Source: Thermoplasmatota archaeon (GTDB lineage Archaea > Thermoplasmatota > E2 > JACPAO01 > JAHFTW01). From it: a stretch of DNA of 64,000 nt. The notes under the pieces are model-generated. The model worked only from the letters and a program-made list of their open reading frames with translations. It was not told the DNA's origin and did not search any database. The stretch is from the NCBI GenBank assembly GCA_041601615.1, contig JBFIHX010000005.1:40774-104773 (forward strand). The letters are read 5' to 3'. The position numbers and the translations under genes are program-made. Numbering within the stretch: the first letter of the stretch is position 1; every line of letters starts with the position of its first letter. This document shows positions 43,720-51,492 of this stretch, one piece after another.

Positions 43720-46130
43720 CGCAGGAGGCCTGGCACCACGAGCCAGGTGGCGGCGAAGATTGCGGTGACGGCGAGGGCGGCGCCAAGAAGCATCTGCCCG
43801 CCGCTTCGCACCCGCGTCATGCTGAAGACCAAGAACGCGCCCGCGTCGGTGAGCGCCGAAAACAGAACGGCTCGTCCGGTAATGCGCAACGTGCCGGCCC
43901 AGTCGCCGGTGTCGCGGTACTTGTAGACGAGGTATGCGGCGTAGTCGCTGCCGATGCTGGTGATGAACACGAGCGAAATGAGTTGGTAGACGCCGATGCT
44001 ACCGAGGGTCAGTTTCAGGAGGCCAAACCACCAGAGACTGGACAGAAGGACCGGCAAGGCGACTACGGCGGTGGCGCGCCAGTCGTTGGTGACGCCGAAA
44101 AACAGCACGAGCGTCGAAATCAGGCTCACCACATAGAGCACCGTGAGGCTCTGTTGGGATTCGGCCATGAAGTCCCGTGCCAGGAGCTTGTAGCTGTAGA
44201 CGCGCACGTCCAGATCTTCCGGCGGGCTGGCGGCGACCACGGCTGCTTGGTATGCGGCGCGGGCTTGGTCCGTGGCTTCAACGCCTTCGCCTTCCGGAAG
44301 CGGCAGCATGTAGAGCGCACCGACGCTGTGGTCGCGTGACAGGAGCGCCGTGGTGATTTCTCGGTACGGTTTTTCCGCCTCCAACGCCGCAACGCCCTCC
44401 TCGGCGGACTCTGGTTCCGGCAGTTGGGTCGGGTCCGTGGGCAGGACGGGCAGCAGGACGCCGCCGCCGGGGAGCGCTCGTTGCTGGCGGTGGCCCTCGA
44501 CGATGGCGGGCAGATTGAACGACTCATTGGCACCCTGCAAAAAGCCACGCGCCGTGACTTCGGCCAAGAATCGCTCCTGGAACGCGAAGCTCTCGTTGCT
44601 AACGACTTGGCCCTGCATCAACAAAAACCACGAGTCTTCCGTGTCGAAGGCGGCCTCGAATTCCCGCTGCGCCGCAATCAGCGCGTCGTCCTTGGGGAGG
44701 CTTCCCGACAACAGATCCACTTCGTAGTCCATGGTTGCAAACGCCACGAGCCCTCCGCCCGACAGCAGAAGCGCCACCGCCGCCACAAGCAGCGGGTTCT
44801 TGCGGGCGGCCCGGCCGGATGCCAGAAACACGCCGGAGCCGAGCGTGGGTGCGGGCCGGTGTTTCTCGCGGTCGCCGCCGCGCGCGAAGGCTGCCAAAAA
44901 CGCCGGTAGGTAGGTGAGGCTAAGCACCGCGATGAGGGCGATGCTGCTTGCGGCAAGTACACCCATTTGGCGAAGGTATGGGCTGCGGCTGGTGCCCAGC
45001 GTCAGGAGGCCGATACAGGTGGTTAACGTCACGAGCACGATGGGAACCCCGAGTGCCTTGCCCAGGTGCCGGCCCAAGCCCCGCCCGAACCCTCGCCGGT
45101 CCGCCCGCGCCTCCGCTAGGACATGGATGCTGTAGTCGATGCCGTTGCCCATGACGAGCGGGAGCACCGCGAAGTTCAGGACGTTGAAGGGAATGCCAAG
45201 CCAGCCAAGTGTTCCCATCGTAAAGATGAGGCCGACGCCGAGGGAGGTGAACCCACCGAGCACTGCGGCGGGGCGCCCGGCGGAGACGAGAAACAGCACG
45301 AAGACGAGGCCGACGCCGAGGGCACCGAGGACGGCCATGTCGCGGTACATGATGCCATTGACGTGGTTGGACACGGACGCAACCCCCACAGCTTCTGTGT
45401 GTTCCGGCGACAGTGCCGAAAATCGCTCCGTCCGGTATGCGTCCTGGATGGCGTCGGCGATGCGGCCGCCGACGGCGGTGGCTTCGAGTGTAAACGGCGG
45501 CGACTCGAACTGGAACCCGAGGTAGCCCGTGCGCAGGTCCGGCGTCAGCACATACTGAAACAACTCGGGCTGGGTGTCCCTGGCTGCCTTGATCGCGATG
45601 CGCAGTTCGTCGTCGGATTCCGGAAGCCGCGCCTCTTGTGGGTCCTCGCCGAGTCCTCGTTCGATTTCGTACTGGGCCAACTGCACGAACCGCACCGGTC
45701 CCACGACGCTCGAAAGCTCCGGAATCGCGGCGGCAACGAAATCCACGAGCGCTTCCTGGTCCCGCAGCGCGCCCACGGACAGCAATCCGTCCGGGTCCGA
45801 GCCCGCATACCCAAGGAGCGTGCGTTCAAAATTGACGAGCCCGTCCAATTCCTCAACGCCCGTCAAGAATGCCGCCGCGTCGGGTGCCGCCGGGTCCACC
45901 CACTCCGTCATGCGGTTGTGCACTTGCAGCCGGAACACGCCCGGCACCATCACGACCACCAACAGGAGGGTGACAATCAAAACGGCCCGGCGGTGCTGCA
46001 CGCTCCAATGCACCGCGTGCTCCACGGCGCCCTCAAACGCGCGCGCCAGGCGAGGCTGGGCCACGGGTGCGGGGTGGCCGCTGCGCGTTTCAGGGTTGGG
46101 GTGGGGGGCTAGTCCTCTTCCGCAACCCAC
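43662..46130 (-). CDS. MMPL/RND-superfamily exporter
   Basis: 822 aa with two 6-TM bundles, each preceded by a large extracytoplasmic domain. Confidence 0.7.
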   Translation of the reverse strand: MGCGRGLAPHPNPETRSGHPAPVAQPRLARAFEGAVEHAVHWSVQHRRAVLIVTLLLVVVMVPGVFRLQVHNRMTEWVDPAAPDAAAFLTGVEELDGLVNFERTLLGYAGSDPDGLLSVGALRDQEALVDFVAAAIPELSSVVGPVRFVQLAQYEIERGLGEDPQEARLPESDDELRIAIKAARDTQPELFQYVLTPDLRTGYLGFQFESPPFTLEATAVGGRIADAIQDAYRTERFSALSPEHTEAVGVASVSNHVNGIMYRDMAVLGALGVGLVFVLFLVSAGRPAAVLGGFTSLGVGLIFTMGTLGWLGIPFNVLNFAVLPLVMGNGIDYSIHVLAEARADRRGFGRGLGRHLGKALGVPIVLVTLTTCIGLLTLGTSRSPYLRQMGVLAASSIALIAVLSLTYLPAFLAAFARGGDREKHRPAPTLGSGVFLASGRAARKNPLLVAAVALLLSGGGLVAFATMDYEVDLLSGSLPKDDALIAAQREFEAAFDTEDSWFLLMQGQVVSNESFAFQERFLAEVTARGFLQGANESFNLPAIVEGHRQQRALPGGGVLLPVLPTDPTQLPEPESAEEGVAALEAEKPYREITTALLSRDHSVGALYMLPLPEGEGVEATDQARAAYQAAVVAASPPEDLDVRVYSYKLLARDFMAESQQSLTVLYVVSLISTLVLFFGVTNDWRATAVVALPVLLSSLWWFGLLKLTLGSIGVYQLISLVFITSIGSDYAAYLVYKYRDTGDWAGTLRITGRAVLFSALTDAGAFLVFSMTRVRSGGQMLLGAALAVTAIFAATWLVVPGLLRWLRVRQANHQVAAPDPAS

Positions 46131-46318
46131 TTCGCCGCAAGCCTTGGCGCCATCGCAACCAGCACAACCCCGGCGACACCCACAGGAAACAACCCGAGGG
46201 CGTGGAGTAAATGCTCGTCGAGGTCCAGCGCGAACGCTAGGGAGATGGTCAAGGAGGGGAAGGCCACGAAGCTGCCTACGACGCGCAGGAGGTTCGTGAC
46301 ATTTTGTCGCTCGCTCAT
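46109..46318 (-). CDS. Small membrane protein downstream of coxIII (possible oxidase small subunit)
   Basis: 69 aa with two hydrophobic helices, in tandem with the cox genes. Confidence 0.3.
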   Translation of the reverse strand: MSERQNVTNLLRVVGSFVAFPSLTISLAFALDLDEHLLHALGLFPVGVAGVVLVAMAPRLAAKWVAEED

Positions 46319-46328
46319 GTGGATGCGC

Positions 46329-47120
46329 CTAGTGGAGTACGTAGGCCGGAATCAGGTACAGGACACTGAACACAACGACCCAAACCAGGTCCACGAAGTG
46401 CCAGTACATGGCGGCGGTTTCGGGGCCGGCGTGGCGGTGTTCGTCGTACTGGCCCTTGAGGCTGCGAATCCAGACCACGATGAGGTACACGAGGCCACCG
46501 AATACGTGCAGACCGTGGGTGCCGGTGAGCATGTAGAAGGTGGTCATGAATTGGCTGCTGCCAAGGACGTGCCCTTCGCTGATGAGGGTCATGTATTCGC
46601 TGACTTGTCCCGCCAGGAACACGGCACCGAGCAGAACGGTGATGCCCCACCAGGTGTTGAAGCCCTTCTTGTTGCCCATTTTCAGGTGCTTCTCGGCTTG
46701 GTGGATGGTGTAGCTGCTGCTGAACAAGACCAGCGTGAAGAAGGCCACCGTGGGGATGGGGAAGTGCACTTCGGCGTCGGGCCAGTGGCTGGCGAGGCGC
46801 TGGAAGGTGAAGTACGTCGAGAACAGGGCGCCGAAGATGAACACTTCACTGCTGATGAACAGGAGGGTTCCTGCGCGGGCCATGCCGGGGCCGGTGCCCG
46901 TGTTGGTCTTCCACCAGATGTAGTCTTGGCGCCACCAGCCGAGCAGCACGACGACGAGCGCGATGGCGCCGAGGGCGAAGACGACGGGGCCCATGAACAG
47001 GCCGATGGCGACGGCGCTGATGGCGAGGGCGAGCCAGAATGGCCAGACGCTGCCGTGGGGCAGGTGGGGTTCGGGGTGTGCGCCGCTGGCGCCGTGTGCG
47101 TGGGCGTCTTTGGAGCTCAT
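46329..47120 (-). CDS. coxC: Cytochrome c oxidase subunit III
   Basis: 263 aa from MSSKDAHAHG... with conserved CoxIII helices (...FMTTFYMLTGTHGLHVFGGL...). The N-terminal extension in the track ORF is out of context. Confidence 0.8.
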   Translation of the reverse strand: MSSKDAHAHGASGAHPEPHLPHGSVWPFWLALAISAVAIGLFMGPVVFALGAIALVVVLLGWWRQDYIWWKTNTGTGPGMARAGTLLFISSEVFIFGALFSTYFTFQRLASHWPDAEVHFPIPTVAFFTLVLFSSSYTIHQAEKHLKMGNKKGFNTWWGITVLLGAVFLAGQVSEYMTLISEGHVLGSSQFMTTFYMLTGTHGLHVFGGLVYLIVVWIRSLKGQYDEHRHAGPETAAMYWHFVDLVWVVVFSVLYLIPAYVLH

Positions 47121-48751
47121 TGGAGGGCCTCCTTTTCGGCGCGGTATTGATCCGCCAGCGGGGTTGGTTCGGTGTCGACGATGAGGCCTTCGCCGAGCAC
47201 GACGCGGCCCTCTTCCCAGAGTTGCCATTCGATGGTGCGAGCACCACCCCATGGGTCGCTGTAGACGCGCTTGTTGCTGTAGTGGCTGACGGCCACGTTG
47301 AGCATGAAGACGGCGACGGCGACGGCGATCATGAAGGCGCCAACGGTGCTGATTTGGTTGAGGAGTGTGAACTCTTCGGGGTAGTCGTAGACGCGCCGGG
47401 CCATGCCGCGCAGGCCCATGAGGAACTGCGGGAAGAACGTCAAGTTGAACCCGACGAACATGAGCCAGAACTGCGTGTCTGCGAGCTTTTCGTTGTACAT
47501 GCGGCGTCCGAAGATGAACGGATACCAGTAGAAGAAGGCTGCAAAGATGCCGAACACAGCGCCGCCGACCATGGTGTAGTGGAAGTGGGCGACGACGAAG
47601 TAGGAGTCGTGCAGGGCGTAGTCGACGGGGATGCTGCCGAGCATGACGCCGGTGATGCCGCCGATGACGAAGAGCCAGATGAAGCCGAGTGCGTGCTTCA
47701 TGGGTGCGTCGAAGTGGATCTTGCCGCCCCACATGGTTGCGAGCCAGTTGAACACCTTGATGCCGGTGGGGACACCGACGAGCATGGTGTTGAACATGAA
47801 CACGGCGCGGATGCGGGGGTCGATGCCGGTGGTGAACATGTGGTGGGCCCAGACTAGGAAGCCGACGATGGCGATGCCGAGCAAGGCGTAGGCCATGGAT
47901 TTGTATCCGAAGACGGTGCGGCGGCTGAATTTGGGAATGACCTCACTCAGGATGCCCATCACGGGCAGCACGAGGACGTACACTTCGGGGTGTCCAAAGA
48001 ACCAGAACAAGTGCTGGTACAGGATGGGGTCGCCGGCGGGGCCGGTGAAGAAGCTGGTGCCGAAGTTGCGGTCGAACAGCAGCATTAGGAAGGCAACGGT
48101 GACGACGGGCAGGCTGAACACCAGAAGGATGGATGTGGCCAATTGACTCCAGCAAAACAGGGGCATGTTGTGCAGGTGGACGCCGGGGCCGCGCATCTTG
48201 AAGATCGTGACGAGGAAGTTGATGCTGCCGAGGGTGGAGGCGAGACCGAGCAGGATGAGCGCGGTGATCCACATGTCGAGGCCGACGTTGTCGATGGTCG
48301 TCGAGAGTGGCGCGTAGCCGACCCAGGTGACGTTGACGGCCGTGACGCCCTTGAGGAGCATCGGCAGCCACAACAGGAGACCGGCGGGGGGGATGAGCCA
48401 GAACGACAAGGCGTTGACTCGGGGGAATGCCATGTCTTTGGCTTTGATCATGACGGGCACGAAGTAGTTACCAAAGCCAGCGAGGGCGGGCATGATCCAA
48501 AGGAACACCATGGTGGTGCCGTGCAGCGAGAAGAACTCGTTGAAGGCGGCGCCGTCCACAATGGTGGCTCCGGGCAGGAACAGTTCCATCCGGATTACGA
48601 GGGCGCTGATGCCGCCGAGGATGAAGAACAGGAAGCCGGCCCAGAGGTACATCAGGCCGATTTCTTTGTGGTCCGTGGTCGTCAACCAGCGTCGCAGGCC
48701 GGTCGGTTTCCCGTGGCCTTCTTTCATGACGAACTCTGCGGCGGCAGTCAT
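47117..48751 (-). CDS. coxA: Cytochrome c oxidase subunit I (heme-copper oxidase catalytic subunit)
   Basis: 12+ TM helices with conserved His ligands (...WAHHMFTTG..., ...HFHYTMVGG...). Its stop overlaps the coxIII start (ATGA). Confidence 0.9.
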   Translation of the reverse strand: MTAAAEFVMKEGHGKPTGLRRWLTTTDHKEIGLMYLWAGFLFFILGGISALVIRMELFLPGATIVDGAAFNEFFSLHGTTMVFLWIMPALAGFGNYFVPVMIKAKDMAFPRVNALSFWLIPPAGLLLWLPMLLKGVTAVNVTWVGYAPLSTTIDNVGLDMWITALILLGLASTLGSINFLVTIFKMRGPGVHLHNMPLFCWSQLATSILLVFSLPVVTVAFLMLLFDRNFGTSFFTGPAGDPILYQHLFWFFGHPEVYVLVLPVMGILSEVIPKFSRRTVFGYKSMAYALLGIAIVGFLVWAHHMFTTGIDPRIRAVFMFNTMLVGVPTGIKVFNWLATMWGGKIHFDAPMKHALGFIWLFVIGGITGVMLGSIPVDYALHDSYFVVAHFHYTMVGGAVFGIFAAFFYWYPFIFGRRMYNEKLADTQFWLMFVGFNLTFFPQFLMGLRGMARRVYDYPEEFTLLNQISTVGAFMIAVAVAVFMLNVAVSHYSNKRVYSDPWGGARTIEWQLWEEGRVVLGEGLIVDTEPTPLADQYRAEKEALQ

Positions 48752-48868
48752 GCTTGGTCGCGGCCGACGGGGGGGTCCTTTATGATGGTGACGGGAGCAC
48801 CCGGGGGCGGGGTTAGCTCGGGCCGCGGAGTTGTTCTTTTGTAGGGCCCCCTCCTCGCGCGCACCCAC

Positions 48869-50227
48869 ATGAGGAAGGCGACCGTCGGTTCCGTGCTCTT
48901 GGCGTTCCTGGCTCTTGCTGGCAACGCGGCCGCTCGTGGTGGCATGCCGGAACCCCAGACTGGGCGAGGCAAGATCATCGAGAGCATCTACTTCGATATC
49001 TATGTGGCCGGCATGATCACCTTCCTGGTGGTCATGGCGCTTCTTCTGTGGGCGATCATTCGCTACCGCGCCAGCAGTGGTGTGGGCCGCGCGACCTTTG
49101 AAAAAGAGCGCGAGAACCTCAAGATGGAGATGACTTGGATTGTCATTCCCCTCGGCGTTGTCCTTTGGGTCGGCGCCATCTCGTACGGTGGTCTCGTCAC
49201 CCTAGACGAAGGCACGGCGCCCGAGGATGTGTTCGTGGAGATCGGCATCGAGGGCAGCCAGTGGAACTGGGAAGCGCTCTACCCGGGTGGCGTCAGTGTC
49301 TTCTCGGATCCGGCGCCGGGAACGGGAGAGGTCGCAGACGACAAGGTGTTCGTGCTTCCTGCCGGCGTGGAGGTCCTGTTCAATGTTACAGGCCTCGATG
49401 TGATTCACTCGTTTGCCATCCAGGAATTCGACGTGGAGACGGGCAAACTGGGTACGCAGATCGGCATGGTCGACGCAAACCCCAGTGGCCCGCACCAGTA
49501 CAACCTCATGGTCGTGAACTTCGAGGAAGGCGAGTACCGCGTCCAGTGCAAGGAAATGTGCTTGAACCCCGGCCACGGCTACATGCGCGCCCGCATCATC
49601 GCTGTCCCGGTGGCTGAGTACAACGACTGGCTTGCCGACAAGCAACTGGAAGTGGGTGCCGACATCATCGAGCGCCTTGACCTGGAAGTCGTCGGTGGCG
49701 CCATCGCCGGACCCGAGGATCTTACCATCGTCAACGGAGCACGCATCATTGCCAAGGTGCACAACGGCGGCACGGCTGCGGAAACGGTCCACGTCGGTTC
49801 GGTCAACGTTACCGTGGCGCCTGGTGCAACCGAACCGCTCGTGTACAACACCGACAAGGCCGGCGAGTACGCCTTCACGACCGCCTCCGGCGGCAATTTG
49901 GCGTTCACTGTGGTGGATGCGGTGGTCGTTGACGTGCAACTGGACGACTTTTCAATCATCCCGTCGGACTGGAAGCTCGAGGGCGGCAAGACCTACCTCG
50001 TGCGCGTGCAAAACATCGGCGCAGCGCCCCACAACCTGTTCGTTGGCAACTACGACGAGGCCGGATCTGGAAAGAACAACGTGGTCGAGTGGAACTCCCT
50101 AAACGTGGGCGCCGGAGAGACCACTTCGTTCGTCATCACTCCTGGCCGCGACATGTCCTTCGAGACATGGTGCAATGTCCCGGGTCACCGCGACCTTGGC
50201 ATGTTTGGCGTGCTGGCGGCAAGCTAG
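48869..50227 (+). CDS. coxB: Cytochrome c oxidase subunit II fused to a C-terminal type-1 copper (plastocyanin/halocyanin-like) domain
   Basis: CuA motif (VIHSFAI...QCKEMCLNPGHGYM), then about 200 extra residues ending in a type-1 copper pattern WCNVPGHRDLGM. Confidence 0.8.
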   Translation: MRKATVGSVLLAFLALAGNAAARGGMPEPQTGRGKIIESIYFDIYVAGMITFLVVMALLLWAIIRYRASSGVGRATFEKERENLKMEMTWIVIPLGVVLWVGAISYGGLVTLDEGTAPEDVFVEIGIEGSQWNWEALYPGGVSVFSDPAPGTGEVADDKVFVLPAGVEVLFNVTGLDVIHSFAIQEFDVETGKLGTQIGMVDANPSGPHQYNLMVVNFEEGEYRVQCKEMCLNPGHGYMRARIIAVPVAEYNDWLADKQLEVGADIIERLDLEVVGGAIAGPEDLTIVNGARIIAKVHNGGTAAETVHVGSVNVTVAPGATEPLVYNTDKAGEYAFTTASGGNLAFTVVDAVVVDVQLDDFSIIPSDWKLEGGKTYLVRVQNIGAAPHNLFVGNYDEAGSGKNNVVEWNSLNVGAGETTSFVITPGRDMSFETWCNVPGHRDLGMFGVLAAS

Positions 50228-50270
50228 GGGCACAATCCGCTCGGTGTGGCCCCCGCGCTCGCTTGCTTTG

Positions 50271-50382
50271 GCCCTCCAGCCCTCTCCCGCTTCCTCTCTC
50301 CATCTCCCTTTCGCCCGCTCCCGCCCCCTCCATCCATCTCCCTCCCTTTTGTCTCTGTGCTCCTGTCGCTCCGCGGTTTCGG
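50271..50382 (+). terminator. Long C/T-rich low-complexity tract after coxII
   Basis: gccctccagccctctcccgcttcctctctccatctccctttcgcccgctcccgccccctccatccatctccctcccttttgtctctgtgctcctgtcgctcc. Confidence 0.2.
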
Positions 50383-50605
50383 CCACTGGGTGCGAGACGC
50401 CCATGGTGCCGCGCCCGTTCTGTTGTGTGCCCATTTGGCAGCCGTTCCAACATCGACTTCAAGGGTCGGGCGCCGTTTTGGAGTGGGTAGAATTTGTCGG
50501 TTGGCCCGAACCTATAGCAAATGGAGCACATACGAAAGGTAAACCTACTGTTGTGCACCCTTGGTATCCACTTGGCTTATACAACCAAGGTCGATTGCAT
50601 AAGAT

Positions 50606-51151
50606 ATGGTGCCAGGGACTTTTGATGAACTGCAACCCCCGAGTCTGACCGGAAGCACGTATGTGCAGGCAAGGACTCGGAAACAGGTCCTACAGGCAGT
50701 TCACAGCAGGCCAGGAATCAACAAAACGGAGCTGATGAAGCGATCCGGGCTTTCCTGGGGAACGGTCGGACACCACCTTCGCATGCTAGAACGGGACGGC
50801 CTCATCAACCTGGTGCGCGTCGGGCGCACCCTCCACGCGGCTCCTGTTTCCTTCACTCGAGGCATCGCCCGCGCGCCGGTTCTCACCTGTCCCGATGCCC
50901 GCCGCATCCTCAGCATCCTCATTGCTGAGCCATTTGCCAGAGGGGCCACCGATCTTGGCCGTGTGCTCGGAATGACCCGCAAACAGGTGCGCCGCCACTT
51001 GTACGAACTCGTGGCGGAAGGACTGGCAGAGAACGACGGCGCATACCACCCGCGCTACCGCTCCACGCGCACCGGCATGGACGCGGCCAACCACCTCGCC
51101 GTCGTGGATTTTTCATTCCGGGACGCCGTATCAGAAGTGATGGCGGTCTAG
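50606..51151 (+). CDS. Winged-helix transcriptional regulator (two ArsR/MarR-like wHTH repeats)
   Basis: ...INKTELMKRSGLSWGTVGHHLRMLERDGLINLV..., followed by a second HTH (LGRVLGMTRKQVRRHLYELVAEGL). Confidence 0.55.
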   Translation: MVPGTFDELQPPSLTGSTYVQARTRKQVLQAVHSRPGINKTELMKRSGLSWGTVGHHLRMLERDGLINLVRVGRTLHAAPVSFTRGIARAPVLTCPDARRILSILIAEPFARGATDLGRVLGMTRKQVRRHLYELVAEGLAENDGAYHPRYRSTRTGMDAANHLAVVDFSFRDAVSEVMAV

Positions 51152-51161
51152 GCTGAATCAA

Positions 51162-51492
51162 AAAGGGTCAATCGTTCGGGCCGGGTCGCGCCTAGCCCGG
51201 ACGACCTGTGGCGTTAGAACCAGCTGCTTAGGTCTCGTTGGACTGCGATTTCCAGCGATTCAGAACGACCCCCAAAGGGGTCGATCGTTTGGGCCGGTTC
51301 GCGCCATGCGCGACCGACCTGTGGCGTTAGAACCAGCTGCTTAGGTCTCGTTGGACTGCGAGTTCCAGCGATTCAGAACGACCCCCAAAGGGGTCGATCG
51401 TTTGGGCCGGTTCGCGCTCTGCGCGACCGACCTGTGGCGTTAGAACCAGCTGCTTAGGTCTCGTTGGACTGCGAGTTCCAGCGAATCGAAGC
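51162..51492. repeat. Three tandem 113-bp units; the distal unit is the authentic polB 3' end (last 18 codons plus flank), so the polB 3' terminus is tandemly triplicated
   Basis: ttagaaccagctgcttaggtctcgttggactgcga(g/t)ttccagcga(a/t)t recurs at 51214, 51327 and 51440. Copies differ by a few SNPs, and each contains short GC-rich palindromes. Fills the whole regulator-polB intergenic space. Confidence 0.85.

Noticed and set aside
47121-47732. N-terminal extension of the coxIII ORF (track 46329..47732)
   Set aside because: The extension is Arg/His-rich nonsense overlapping coxI in another frame. Conserved CoxIII sequence begins at MSSKDAHAHG (ATG 47120), which overlaps the coxI stop.
51162-51492. 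CRISPR array
   Set aside because: The 113-bp units are contiguous with no spacers, and they include protein-coding sequence of polB.
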